Notes under the pieces: model-generated
What the model was told of the DNA's origin: nothing
Database searches by the model: none
Seen by the model: the letters and a program-made list of their open reading frames with translations, nothing else
Program-made: the position numbers and the translations under genes
Source of the DNA: Chrysomallon squamiferum
Taxonomy: Eukaryota; Animalia; Mollusca
Length of the DNA stretch: 64,000 nucleotides
Assembly: GCA_012295275.1 (NCBI GenBank)
Contig: CM022678.1
Location: forward strand, 3,906,001 to 3,970,000
Reading direction: 5' to 3'
In this document: positions 28,225 through 63,818 of the stretch, piece after piece
How the letters are laid out: every line of letters starts with the position of its first letter
How positions within the stretch are numbered: the stretch's first letter is position 1

Positions 28225-28537
28225 GCGTTACGACATTGCCACTAGCTAATGCGTAACACGCATGAACAAACGGTTTGATAAAATTATTTACACGTCACGT
28301 AATTACGTTACTATTTTGAGCGACCTGTCACCACTCACAACAAAGTACGACAAAAAATAATATTATTTCAGAATATTTGAATCACGTCAGTTCATCCTGA
28401 TGACGTGACCTTCTGACAACGCTAGAAGAAACACCTAGAGCAAACTGGACCGCTGTGTACGCAATGACATCATTACCACAGTCCAAAATGCTTTAATAAA
28501 CTTTGTTATTAATAAAGGATAAATATGAATAATGAAA

Positions 28538-28568
<31 letters not shown>

Positions 28569-28968
28569 TAAAAATAAATAAAAATAAAAAATAAATAAAT
28601 AAATAAACAAATAAACAAACAAATAAATAAATAACCCGGACGCAAAGCAGACTATATTTAGACTATTTATTGCCATTACCATAAATACACTTGAACTATT
28701 TGAATGTTAAGCGCTCGGTTGTTTAAAAGACACTATTTCGATTGTCGTAACCTATTTAACGAACCGCGCCAGATGTTACCGTTTCACTCCACAGCAGCTA
28801 CACGAATGTTCAATAATTTAGTTTTGTTATATTTTACATTTTTATGAGGATGTTATTTCTCAGTGTTAGGTTACTTTTATGTGATTAATTGATAGGATTG
28901 TTTTTAAAATTCTTCACAGATGCATTACGAGGTAAGTTAAAAAAAAAAACTGTTTTATATGCACATTC

Positions 28969-28999
<31 letters not shown>

Positions 29000-29743
29000 A
29001 ATTTAGGTCCATTATTGTCTGTATGTTTGTTTGTACATAGGTTAATGCCATGTGTCTGTGTACGTACGTATGCATGTATGTATGTATGCATGTATGTATG
29101 TATATCTATATATATATATATTTATATATGTATGTATGTATGTGTGTGTATATATATGTATATGTATAATATATGTAAGTAGGTAGGTGTATATATCTGT
29201 ATGTGTTTGTGTGTATATATATATATTTATGTATATATATATATATATATTTGTGTACATGTCTTTCTGTCTGTCTGTCTATCTATCTATCTATATATAT
29301 ATACACACACACACACAAGCACACACGCACGCACACACACACACACACACACGCACACACACACACACACCTGTATATATATAATTCTCACGGTCAGTAT
29401 CTGGTCAGACAAATGCCTGATTCTAAATGACATCGTCGTCGTTGTTTCTCACTGAGCTGACACTACGTTACTGTCGGTGATGGAATTCGTGTCGTGTCGT
29501 GTTCACGACCTGCCCGGTATTTTGCTTTTACACACGCTAGTCACGTGACCGCTGTTTTTACCTGTTAGCAGTGCATTGTTCCCAACACCCTTGAAACAGG
29601 CTAACATATTATTTCTTTTTACGAAAATACGGCTGAAAACGATAGGATATATTTTCTTTACGAAACTGTGGCTTTAATGTTTGTTATTTAGATGTGTCCT
29701 TTTTAAAAAAAAAAAAAAATAATAAATAAAATTTAAATAAATA

Positions 29744-29792
<49 letters not shown>

Positions 29793-32700
29793 TAAAATAA
29801 AATAATAAAATATCTTCATATAGGCTGCACAAAATAAATTGGCTATGAACAAAAGGATATATTTATGTTAGGAGAATATGGCGTTAATTTAAGCATGTAA
29901 TTAATTACTTTTTTTCATAATAAACTGGGAACTTCAGAATAATATCTCTACGAACATTTTCTAAGTTATTTTTAAATTTTAACATGTAATATCAATAGAA
30001 ATATTAGGACTGCCATGAGTAGTTATATTAGTTAGTATTAGTGTTATAAGTAGTCAAAGTAATAGTTGTAGTAGTTGTAGCAGGACAATTTGTTATTAGC
30101 TGCAGTAGGCTATAGTAGTATTGGACGCAGTAGTAGTAGTAGTAATAGCAGTAGTAGCAGCAGCAGTGATAGTACTAGTAATCGAGTATGTAGATAATAC
30201 TATTATTGTTATTAGTAGTATTATACTTATCATAGCTAATATAATAATAGTCAGTGTTAATAGTAGTAGTAATAATAATAACAGCAGAAACAGTATCTGT
30301 AATAACAGTAGTAGCAATAGTAGAGGCAATAGTAGTAATGTTATAAGTGTAGGTGATAGCAGCAATAGTAGAATACGTTTGCTAATTAAATTATGTTTAT
30401 CGTTATCATCATCTCCATCATGATCATCATCATCACTATCATCGTTACCATCATCATCAACATCAACGTCGTCATCATCACCATTATCATCATCATACCA
30501 GCCTCATAACACAATGCAAAGTAAAACAATAACTGAACATTGATTTCATGATCGCCTTTGTTAATAAAACAAAAATTATTTATAGCTGTTTATAACACTC
30601 CTGTGTGTCTGTCTCTTACACAGTATTTTGTTTATTGGTTTGACACCTGGTTGATATGGAAATATCCCTTTCCTTTGTGTTTATCATCTGGCATTAATTG
30701 TTAACATAAAGGTAACAACTGATCGCGCTAGACTAGATTTAGTTCACGTTGCTTTTGTTGTTGTTGTTGTTTTAGATTCAACCAAACGTTGCTACAGGAA
30801 TGCTTTTATGCTACAGTTGTCTGTTTTTGTGATTTCATTATTCAGAATACATACACATATACAACGAAAACAATGAACATAAAACCCACTAATATAATTA
30901 TAATGTTATGATAGAAACAATAATGTGCTCGTTTAAGGAGTTAGAACGTCATAAAACGGGTTGATGAATTCTGTTAATTCCCAGCCTTTTTATAGAAATG
31001 AACACAACAATAAATATAATAACAACAACGACAACAACAGCAACAATATTTTTAAAAATAATGTCCATGTGGTTGTGTAAGATTTAGATATGGTTCAAAA
31101 GATATTTGTTATTTTAAAAATGATTATATTTATTTAACAATAAATAAATAATATAATAAAAAACAATAAAAATAATCATTATAAAAATAATAATAATAAA
31201 TAAACAAACAATAAAGCAAGCAAACAAACAAACAAATAAACAACAACAACAACAAAAATAAACAAACGATAAATATCGGAGAAAAAAAAGAAGAAAAAAG
31301 ATTAACTAGGGATAACACCTCACATAATAACTTTAATTATGTAATTCTAACAAAATTTAACTACTCCTAAAAAAAAAATAATTTAATATATTTATTTTGT
31401 TTTCCTTTCAGTTTGGAAACAAGCTTAGAAACAGTTCTTCTCAGCCACGTCATCAAACAAAGCGAGTGTTTTTAGTGCTATTTCCAATACGTAAAAGTAC
31501 TGTGACGTCACATGACACGCCGGGTCAAGCCCAAACAGCCAATCAGTGAACTCAATCCGAGACACGTATTAAGATTAACCGATGCCCCACCCCACCCCTA
31601 TCGAGGTGGATAATTCGCTTATGTTAATCAGATTAGTGGAGTGATTTCTGTGTCATACTTAAGCAGGAAAGGACGACTTTTAATTTAAGTTAATTAATTC
31701 GTGAAGACGTTGTTGTTTTTGACCACCTGTGTCCAGCCGGAACGACAATGGACGTAAAGAAAGGGTCGGATTAAAATGTTAAAAGGATTAATTGTGTAAG
31801 AAGGGACCGGTGATTAATGTGAACTGGATTTTAAGAGATGAGATGCTTGCGAAATATAAAAAGGTATATTAAGTAATTATGTGATGGTAATAAAATAAAT
31901 TAATAAGAAAATTAAAAGAAACAAACCAAAAAAAAAAAAAAAAAAACCAATAACAACCAAACAACATACACCACAAAAAATAATAAGAAAGAAAGACATA
32001 ACAGTTCAAAAGAACAAAATACCAATATAAAGGAGAAAGCTTTTAGAAAAACAAAAAAGAAACGAAACGAAAATGAAAATGAAAAGGATAGACACCACAT
32101 TACCAATATAACGAAAGAAAGATCGAAACAAAGAAACAAAAGACAGAAATGAACACTTCTAAATAACGAAAAATATCTTCATTACACACTTTTGACTAGT
32201 ATTTTTACGTTTGATTTTAAAACATTGGTCAAATTTAGAAAATTCTAACCTGCAACGAAAACAGGAGAAAAATTAAATCGAAATAATTAAATGAAAATCA
32301 AGACCAAAACATTTAAATTACAATCTCGTTAATTAAGTGAAATATTCAGTTTTCAAACTCGCCAGAACTGACAGCAGGTCTTTATTTCTGGTTCACATTT
32401 TGAACAAAGAAAACGCCGTGGAGGAGGTATTGAAAATAACCAGAGCATATTAAGTTCCGCCAAAACGACTGCGTTCAGTTTTAATAACTCAGTTATCTAT
32501 TTTTCAATTACGCATCTTGTTACGGTTGAAGACCGAAGACTGACCGTAATCGACCGGTGAATCTGGAACAAGCAGAAACAAAGTTACGTTAGTTTTGGCT
32601 TAATTTGCGGTTATTTTGGGTTTGCTTATTAACTGGTAATTCAATAGGTCACACGCGTACGTTTTTTTTCCCCGAGATTACTGAAATGACTTAAGCAATA

Positions 32701-33449
32701 CATCGTAGTTGTGGTTAAAAATAAAATAACATAAGGAAAAAACTAAGAAGTTTTAAATAATCCTGTTTCTGCTTGAGTGCGCTGACGAAACGGTCAAATT
32801 CTATTTATAACGCAAATTAGTACAAACCTGTTTTAATATATCCTAACAACAAGGGGGCTTATTGTAACAGCTCAGTTGATCAAAAGAATCTTAATACTTT
32901 GAGTGCATTCCAAAGGGAAACAAACACACAGAGGAAAAAAAATTAATAATACAAAAAAGGAAAAGAAATTCTTTAGGTGAAAAGGAACGTTGTTTTAAAG
33001 CGTGTGTCGATAAAAGGGTTAACACGAAATCAGAGCAGGACGCTCTTGTTGAAAGCGATTTACCATACTTCCTGACCAACAAAAACAACAACCAAAAAAA
33101 AAAAAAACCGCACATAACTTAATCGACTGCTCTCCCACGTGCCATCTCAAAATAGATCTCTCAGAAGTGCCAGGGAAAGGCTAAAACAAACCATAAACCT
33201 GGTACTCAACAGTAACACGGTAACCGGGAATAGCGACCGGGTTCGTCGTAATCTTAACGGTAGTGTACACACACACACACAACAGAAACAGTCAGTAGCC
33301 GTCTGCTCGGACCCCGTTAATGCACAAAGCTCGGATATATCTCTCGCGCGCTCTCTTTCAAAAAGATATCACTGGAGCGCAAACAGGTATTTCATTTCAC
33401 CGTGTGTTGCTAAAGTGAGCAGTGAAGGATACACGCCAACCTCGGCTCA

Positions 33450-33963
33450 ACTCGATTGGTAAATTATACACAACAGTGACGACCAATTGGCTGAAGTGTT
33501 CGGTTTATTTCTCGATCGCGAGCCGCACGAAGCAGACGTGTTTTTTGTTTTTTCTTTCTTTATCTCGGAAGATAAGAATTAAAAAAAATAATAATAATAA
33601 TAATAATTAAAAAAAGAAAAGATTATAGATAGATAAAAAAAGAAGTGGAGTATTTTCGGAGTTATTTCAGTAAGAGGATATTATTGAATTATATATTTAT
33701 ATATATATATATACCAAGCCAGGAATTGTTTTTCTTCTGCTGTGGAGTTTCCGTTGTGGATACATTTTCGAGAGAACCGTGTACTTGATGGACCCTGGAT
33801 TGTGAAAGTGCCCGTTCTGTTTTGTCGTACGTATATACATATATATGTGTGTGTGTGTTAAATATACAGAAAGCGATATATTCACCTTTGTAATCTGCAG
33901 TGCAGAGGACTTTAATATTGAGGAGTTGTCGTGTTACAAAGTGAACAGAACGAAACTAAAAAG
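33450..33963 (+). promoter_or_regulatory. Putative proximal promoter and non-coding first exon of the FAM167-like gene
   Basis: ATTGG/CCAAT boxes near 33455 and 33484, CpG-rich stretch, donor AAG|GTATGT after 33963, and a candidate acceptor TTTTATAG| at 34176 upstream of ATG 34292. Confidence 0.4.
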
Positions 33964-34291
33964 GTATGTGTAAACATTCAGAGGTCATACACGTATCATA
34001 TTTCACTAGAATACACATAAGATTTATCGACCTTCGTATTAAGTGGTATTAATCTGTTGGCGTGAGATAAAAATTTATCTGTCTGTGTGTGTACAACGAC
34101 ACAGGTCGTAAGTCACAAAAATATATATACTTTTTCTTCACGTGAACGTTATTGCGGATCGAATTTAATTTTATAGCTTCTGTAATTTTTCAACGAGTGT
34201 TGTGGAAATTCATTACGTAAAGTGAATTGGTTTTTTTTTCGGTCGTACGGCGAACGTACAACGTGTGAATCGGAATCAACTCAAAAAAAAA

Positions 34292-50402
<16,111 letters not shown>

Positions 50403-52537
50403 GCCTTTTCCCTCGTTTCCTGGTTCGGAAGCCTGTGATAGTAGTGGAAACCATGACAACAGTATGCATGGGAAAAAAAAAAAACCCTGTCGATGTGATT
50501 GGGTTTCAGCTAGGTGATAATTTGGAAAAAAATGTGATACTAAAACTGCTGCAGCAAGAAATGTTTGTTTGTTTGGTTTAAAAAAAAAAAAAAAAACACG
50601 AACTCTTGTGTTTGTCGTTTACCGGAGCGGGAATGGATTGGGTTAAAACTGCAATGTTTTTTTGTTGGTTTTTTTTGTTGTGGTTATGTCACATTTTTGT
50701 TTGACATACTTTTTTTTTACGATTTGTCGCATACCTCTCTTCATACCGGAGTGTTCTTTTTTTTGTTTTTTTTTTTTGTTCGGGTTTTTCTTTACGAAGT
50801 CGATTCTCAAAATAATAATTTTAATTTTTGTTTTATGTTAACCCTTGCAAGGCCTCTTGTGGTCGCTTTTATCCGATGTCTTGTTGACTAGTCCGTTAGC
50901 GACTCATTTGTTGTTTTTGTTAACAGATGATGTGGAAAGTTTAGAATATTTTTTTTTGTGACGCTAAGTTGCTTTTTTTTAATTTTTAATTTTAATTTGA
51001 ATTATTATTTTTTTTAAATGTTTAATTTTTGTTTTTTAAATTTATTTCTATTTTTATTAAATACTGAACCTCAAACGACTGACAGAATAATTGAGTGTTA
51101 AGTTTTTGCTCGATTTTACGATTTACTAAGTGATTCAGCAATTTTACGATTCAGGATAAACTTGATTCGCCAGCTTTAATTTGATTATTTAGATTCATAA
51201 ATGATTCGAAATAAAGCATGATTCAAAGCAAGTTTGATTCGCATGAAATTGATTCTTTTTGATATTTTTGATTCAGCAAAAACGATTTTGTACTCGCTAG
51301 TGAGATGATGATTTAAATGACGTAAATAATTTTGTTTGTGACTTGGAGCAGTTTGATTCTTCGTCTGTGATTTTGTGTCAGTTTAAATTAAAATGTTTTA
51401 TGTGATTCATAGAAAACTTGAATCAGAGTGTATTACCGTTCGCGGTTTCAGTGACATTACGTTTCAGTTTGAACTGTACGAAAACGAATATTTGATAAAA
51501 AGTGCTTACGTCCCTGTGTGTGTGTATCACTCAGCCTTATTGGTGGAATATCTTCAGTGTTATGACGTCATAAATGACGTAATAAATGTATGTAATTATT
51601 AGTTGCTATGGATTTATCGATGTTTTTTTTTTTTTTTTTTTTTTTTTTTTATTAGTTATTTGTTATTACACAATCACCTAGTTTTTGTTTCATTTGAATA
51701 ACAGAACTACGAAAAACAAACAAACAAACAAACAAACGAAATAAACAAACAAGAAACAAAAGACACTGTTTTGCATATCTGACATTTTATGAACTTGGTG
51801 CCGTTGTGTTTAATTTATATTAATTTATTGTAAAACGTTGGAGACATTTTACTACAAACTTTCGATTGTTAAAAATCAACAAAAGCACAAACTAGTCAGG
51901 AATATCCATGACCTTGACCTCTGATATTGAAGTCAGAAGCAATCTACCTAAGACTGAGTCAAAAAGGAAAGAAGCGTTATTAGCCTATGTGTTGCATATT
52001 AAGTTAATACGTATCTGCACGGAATACTGAGAAATATTTTATTGTTAAGAGAAAAAAAAAAAAAAATGTTGGATATCGCGGCTTTATTTGTTTTTCTTTC
52101 CGTCTGCAGTAAATGTAATGATGGAAATTTGGTCGTATGTTTGTGTGATTCCAGTAATTTCATGTTTTCTTACTTACGTAATAATTAAAATAAAATATCT
52201 GCATAATTTAAACAAAATAGCTGTATGAATTATCATCGTATTTGTGTTTTTAGTTTCATTGTTTGTTTTTTGTTATTTTTTTTGTACTTTTTTTTTTTAA
52301 TTGTTCTTGTTAGCGAGCTTCGTTATGTGTTGTGTTAAAGAGAGACAGATGTATTTTTGTATGAAAGTTGAATCAAAAATATTTATTTCTGTATTTGATG
52401 GAGAATGGACGGGAGTTCAGAATGTTGTCTAGAAAGTGTGGCGTCCACTTTGTACCAAAATTCGGTAAATACATAATTCGAAATAAAAATAAAATTATAT
52501 ATAATTTTTGCTTAAAATAAGTAGTGGATATGTCGGT

Positions 52538-52613
<76 letters not shown>

Positions 52614-53042
52614 ATGTAGTACTGCACACTGCCACTTATTCTAAACGAAAATTTTGATTAACGACAAATGTCATCGCAATCTCTCGAGAATATTCGAACC
52701 TGAAACCTTCGGATTGAATATCCAGTGCTCTTAAAGCGATACTCCTCTGAGAGTATTGACATTACTGCATTACCACAGAATGAAACAGATATATCTGATG
52801 TTTACACTTTAATACTTCTCAGTCCTTGTCATCGCGACTAGTCTGTAAAGTAATTTGTATTCTCCTGGTGACACATTACAGGTAGATTAATATTTTGTAC
52901 TGAGAACTACGAATCATTTCAAACATTCTCTAGAGAGTTGTTTTTATAAATAATTTATGTGATGAATACTAGCCACGTGAATAGTATAGGAGGATTAGGT
53001 TGTTGGTTAACTGAAAAGATACTGAGGATCTTTTTTTCCCAT

Positions 53043-53109
53043 TCTTCTTCTTCTTCTTCTTCTTCTTCTTCTTCTTCTTCTTCTTCTTCTTCTTCTTCTT
53101 CTTCTTCTT

Positions 53110-53140
<31 letters not shown>

Positions 53141-53178
53141 TTATTATTATTATTATTATGATTATTATTATGATTATT
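53043..53178. repeat. (TTC)n-(TTA)n compound microsatellite
   Basis: Direct observation. Confidence 0.95.
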
Positions 53179-53397
53179 CATCGTGTCATCATTTTCTTCT
53201 TTCTCTTTCTTTGATCGTTTATACTATTAGGGTTGGTTTTTGTAATCAGAAAATAGCTTTACCTGAATTTTATTTTTGAAGTGAATCAGGTGATGTTTTT
53301 GTCTGTGCCTTTACAGTTGAGTGAATTCGTGTATATAAGAGAGAGAGAGAGCGAGTTAGAAAAAATTAATAGATGAATAAATAAATAAACTGAGAGA

Positions 53398-53448
<51 letters not shown>

Positions 53449-53664
53449 TTTTTTCTGTGGCTAGATCATATATTTATTCTCTTTGTGTTTGTGTATTGTT
53501 TGTTCTAATAACGGTGCTATGAGAAGTAACATGCAGGAAATCGTCTTTGTAATTTCTTCTATTTCTTCTATGTTGGACGCTTATAAAGAGCCAAAGTTCG
53601 CCAGTTAAATCATCATTGTTTCCGCAAAAAGTGTAAATGTACTGTGTTATTATTAATATTTGTA

Positions 53665-53733
<69 letters not shown>

Positions 53734-54950
53734 ATTTCGTAGTTAATGTTTTCGTTATTTGACGTTTTATTCGTTTTTAATGAAGAGTTTTACATAACAG
53801 AACATTTGCGTCTCAAAATAATAATTTCTAAATGTGTTCAGTTTTGTGGTTTGTTTATTATGTTCGTTCATAATCCAAAGTGAAAACAGAAATTATTTGT
53901 GAATATTCTTGTCAATAAATATCATACACGTTAGAACTGTTTTTTGAGTTTTTCTTTTTCTGAGTGTTTTTATTTTACTTCTGAATTAGCTTTGGAAAAG
54001 TCATGATGATAAAATATGATGCTGATTATAGTAGTAATAACATCAATAGCGTTAACAGTAATAATATCATTATCATCATCGTCGCCATCGTTATCATCAT
54101 CATCATCGTCAAAAGCAACAGCAGTAGTGATAGTATTGGTTTTCCTCTTCATCATCGTAGTAGTAGTAGTAGTAGTAGTTGGAGTAATGGTAGTGGTAGT
54201 GTTCGTCATAGTTTTCTTATATGAAGTTCGGTCATATAAATATGTCCAATATTATCATGATTTTTTTTCTGGTAAACTCACAATTTCCTGGCATTTTCCA
54301 CATTTTGAACTATTTGATAAAGAGTTTCGTCACTTTTCATACGATATAATCGAACTCGTGCTATTTCGCTCATTTTCGTTACAAAACATTACGTAATCAG
54401 GCTCCACTCTTTCGTATGTTTTCGTCACTTTGGCGTTACAATCTCGTCTCCACGCTTTCGTACACTTTCGCCCGACGTCGTATAATCTCGGAACTCTCGT
54501 TTGTGTGTGGTCTCGGCTGTTATCGTAGGGTATGTAGCTAAACAGTCGAGGAGCTTAACTTGTCGCCTGTCTTTCTTTCATCTGTCAACAAGCAGTCTGT
54601 GTGGTAACATCACGTAGTCACCAACGTCGCCGTCGTCATGGTAAACAGAGCTCGTAATTCGTCAAAGAATAAACCCGCATTCCTACCATCTTTCATAAAC
54701 CGTAAAGGAATGCAGGATCTGTTGTATAGGCCAACATCAATACTGGAAATGCAGTTTTAATTGGCTGCGCAAGTGAATAAGTGTCGGTTTAAAGATGATG
54801 TGAAAGATGTTTAATTCTAAGCCGTAATTTTTTTTTTTTTTTTTGAAAGATGCGGGATCTCCATCCCATACCTCCAAAGTATGTACTTTATATTTATATA
54901 TCATCATCATCATCATCATCATCATTATCGTTACCATTATTATTATTATG

Positions 54951-54985
<35 letters not shown>

Positions 54986-55038
54986 AATCATCATCATCTT
55001 CATTATTATCATCATCATTTCATCACATCACCGTTATT

Positions 55039-55069
<31 letters not shown>

Positions 55070-55569
55070 TTATTATTATTACGTCTGCTATTCCATCTCA
55101 TCGTTAGCCTTCTGTTCTACTACAAACATTTTGCAGTTGTTTTTACTGTTGTTGGTCTTTTGCTGTTTTTGTTGTTGTTGTTGTTGTTGTTGCTGTTCTT
55201 GTTCTTTTTATTAATAATGTTATTACAGTCAGTAACAATAATATTATCTTTCCAAAACTGTTGCAGAAAGTAGCCAACATTTGACCTGAAACCATATTAT
55301 CTAATGTACAGTAAATTTATTTCTTTATGGAATTTCAGTAACATTCACGGAAAAGGGGCTAATTTTAGAAGATATAAAAATTAGTTATGAGCTAATGTCT
55401 TCAAGCTCTGTTAATTTATTTATTTCTTTATGTGAATAAAACACGTTTCCTAGCAACCCGGTAATTCGGTTTATGTATCTGATATAACAATACGCTCGCT
55501 GGAGAACATCAGAAACTTCCAGAAGTAAATAACGAGTAAGTGATAAGACACATGGAATCTTTCAGTTTA

Positions 55570-55950
55570 AAATTCGTCAGTTGTCGTAGAGTTTCCTCAC
55601 CTCTCGTAAAACTTCGTAATAATTCTTAAACTTTCGTCATCCGTCGTACAGTTTCGTAATAATTCTTATACTTTCGTCATCCGCCGTGTTGTTTCGTCAC
55701 CGGTCGTAACCGTAGACTTTTCACGAATTTGCATAGTTTCGTCACGTGTCGTGTAGTTTCGTGACCAGTCGTAATTAAGGATTTGTCACTAATCGTGTTT
55801 GCGTTCTTGTAGCTTTTCATCAAATTTCGTATACGCTTCATTTCATAGTGTTTTGTCACCTGTCGCAATCTGTCACATGTTTATATCAGTTTCGTAATCT
55901 GTCGTGTAATGTCGTCGTATGTTACGATTTAGTACGATTTCACATTCGTT
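55570..55950. repeat. TTTCGT/GTCGT-rich degenerate repeat including a 40-bp tandem pair; probable transposon subterminal array
   Basis: TTCGTAATAATTCTTA-ACTTTCGTCATCCG-CGT at 55612 and 55652, plus many TTTCGT/TGTCGT motifs on one strand; related block at ~54200-54518. Confidence 0.55.
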
Positions 55951-58396
55951 TGTAGTTTATCTCTTTACACACTGGGATATATAATAATTATAAACAGTAA
56001 GATAAATAAAGTAAGATAATGCAGTGCAATATAGTATATTGCATTATAATGTATTGTACTGCCCCACACTATACTAAACAGTATACTTCACTACACTTCA
56101 CCACACTACATCATAACAAACCATAATCACACTATGCTACACTATACCATACTTCATTACACTATGTACTATACTATACCATACTATATTACACTCAGTA
56201 CATATGTACTGTATAGAATAGTATAACATAATATAATATAGTATAATATAATATAATATAATATAATATAATATAATATAATATAATATAATATAATATA
56301 TGACAACATGACAACATAACGTAAGATAACGTAATGTAACGTAGCATAACGTAACGCATTTCAATACAATGCACTACAGTATAATATAGAATAAAATAGT
56401 ACAGTACAATACAAATGCAGTGCATTATAAATAAATAAACAAATAAAAGTTTTTCTGAATGAGATAAAAGAACCTGCCTTTTATGAGTGATCATTACAAT
56501 TCAGCACAGTATGACAACACCTTTAAATATCATCGTCAAAAACATGCACGGATTATTTTTAAACATGTTCGCTATTTATTTACACAAGAACACTCGTACA
56601 CCGGAAGGAAAAAAAAATAAAAATAAAATAAAGAAGTTTCCCCGATAAGAATGACTTATTGCTTTAAGGTAGAGGATATAAATTATTCAGTAACATTTTG
56701 TTTACGTATTTATTTATTTATATGTTTCGTTGCTGGCTTCTTTGGAGTTTGTTCCCGGTTCTATCTTTAACACGGAAGATGCCCACATATACATATAATC
56801 ACACACGGACACAAACGAAAACATACATCCACGCATTCATATATGGAGAGAGACAGAGACATTCATACAGACAGATTAAATAGATAGATAAATCGAGATA
56901 GAGAAATAAGTATATGCACATGAACACACACATACATGTAAATTAAAATTACATATATAATTATATCCATTTAAACACACACACACACACACACATTTTA
57001 CACACACACACGCCATTTTACATTAGCAATCGATACATATAACATTGCAAAAACAACAAAAAGAAAAAAAAAAATCTCTCATACAAAAGGTTGTATTCAT
57101 ATCAATTAATTAAAAGCTTAAAAACGTTTACAACTGAAAGAAGAAAAACATTTTTTTTTTTTTTTTTTTTCCAATATGGACGCTGTCACGTCAATACGAG
57201 GTTATCTTTATATACGTGCTTAGGTGGAAATAACAACATCAGTGTAACTATTTCTTCTCTCTCTTAATGAATAGACGTAATTATTGAAAGTTAGGGCGGG
57301 TTCAGGGAAGGAAAAGGGAAAGAAAAATGATCATTTCTTCTATTATTACTATTTTCTCTATAATAATAATAAAAATAATAATAATAATAACAATAATAAT
57401 AACAACAACAACAACAATAATAATAATAATAATAATTATAATCATAATAATAGAATTAACAGTAGTAATAGTAGTAAAAGTTATTGTAGTAATGCTAGTT
57501 TGTAGTAGAATAGTTGTAGCTGCAGCAATAGTAGTAGTAGTAGTAGTAGTAGTAGTAATGGTTGTAGCCGTAGTAGTAATAGTAGTAGTAAAAATGGTTG
57601 AGGTATAGCTAATAGTAGGGTAAAAGTTTGTTGTTGAAGGGTAGTAGTAGTAGTAGTAATAGTAGTAGTTTTATTTTGAACACATGTCGTATGTAGATAA
57701 CCAGCTATCCATCTTTATGATGAATCATACTGTCGATGTTAATTTTACGAAAATTCCATATTAAAAGTAAATTTACAGAAAGTAAACCCCCCTCTCCCAG
57801 TTAACATCAGGAATCACCCTGAACTGTTAATAATCCAAAATCAATGCCGAGTACTTCGCCAGACGATGTTTACAACAATTAGTAGCTTTTCTATTATTCC
57901 CCAGCTAATTACGCTGCCATGACAACTCCAGTGCAACGGGTTATTACATTTTTGAAAGTAATCATTGATTTACCAGTTGTTTTATTTTACACTCATCTCA
58001 CTCGTTCGTTATTATTTATCGTGGTTGCTTATTTTCATTTTCATTTTTATTTTTATTTTATTTTTCTCTTTATTTGAATTGAAAGATATATTTTTTAATA
58101 TTTTCTTCTTGTGAATTCGTTGATTCCCATACGTCTGCTGTTAGTATTGTTACCATTGCTTCTGCTGCAATAGCATAAATAACCAGTATTATAACTAGTA
58201 TTATCAAAATACCACCACCTCTAGTACTAGTATTTCAACTACATCATTTAGTAACACTTCAGCAGTTACTATCAGTACGTCTGCTTCTGCAGTTCTTACC
58301 ATCATTAGTATTAATTAAAAACAGTAATGAATAACAAAATATATATAGATTTTTCCCTTTTTAATAAAAATATATAATAGTAATAACAATAATAAC

Positions 58397-58437
<41 letters not shown>

Positions 58438-58709
58438 GATATAATAAAAACGTTTGAATTTCTATCATCTTTATTCACGTTTCCTGCTTCAATTACAATT
58501 TTTGTTTGTTTTGTTGTTGTTTCAAACTGATTTTTATACTTTTTACACTTTATTTAGTATACAAAACGTTTTTATTTGTAAACTCCAATACAGTATTCAT
58601 GTTTGTCATCCATATACATTATATATAATTTTTATCAGCGATTGACTTAATTACTTAAATATTATAGTGTTGCAAATGCATATTTCAAAGTAGTGTGACC
58701 ATTTTAGTT

Positions 58710-58743
<34 letters not shown>

Positions 58744-59523
58744 TCAATTTATAAAGTAACATATATGCTGATGAAAATGTTTAATGCTAAATTTTACAAA
58801 AACTTAAAACAAAAATAAAATCATGAATTCCCCCAAAACACCAAAAGGTTACCCTTCCCTCAGCAACAGAAAACAAAACAAAAAAATATTTTAAATTATT
58901 TTTATTCATTGTTTGTTTCATTTTTTTATAAACAAATAGCACTTTCAAAACAACTCTGACCGACAATTTTGTATTGTGATATTTAAACACACTGTCTGAC
59001 TGTACAATAACTTTAACTCTTTCTCATTCTGTCTATTTTTCTATCCATTACACTACACAACTGTCAAAACAGGTATTTTTTTTCTTTCGGTTTATTAAAA
59101 AGAACTGTCTTTGTTAAAAAAATAAACAGATATTTCACTTCTTCAAATCCAAGAATTTAATTATTTTTGTCAAGTTTGAACTATGGAAATTCTTCATAAA
59201 AGCTTATCATATTTTAAAAATATTCAAAATATTTAATTTTTTTTTATAAAAAAAAAAAAAAAAATAATAAAAATAAATAAATAAATAAACTTCTCGTAAT
59301 AGATTCCTCATTTAAACCTTTTTATATGAAATCCAAACACGTAGCCTTCTGTAACAAAATTAACAAATTTTATAGCTAAAAAACAATCTTGCCCTACCAA
59401 ATCTTTGTCATGATTACTCTGACAGTAAGTAATGATAAACAGTCAGTCAGTTCACATTGTCTCAGTGAAAAGTTTAAAAAAAAAAAAAAAATCCTAGTGA
59501 AAACAAATACACACTGGATCCAT

Positions 59524-63818
<4,295 letters not shown>

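Noticed and set aside
33139-33462. 107-aa ORF upstream of the FAM167-like promoter
   Set aside because: Non-ATG start, no recognisable motif, contains a CA repeat; better explained as GC-richer promoter DNA.
34265-34291. ORF-track start (GTG) for the 239-aa ORF, and other GTG/TTG starts in the track
   Set aside because: Prokaryotic start-codon artefact; the first in-frame ATG is 34292 and the ORF tail beyond 34852 is intron read-through.
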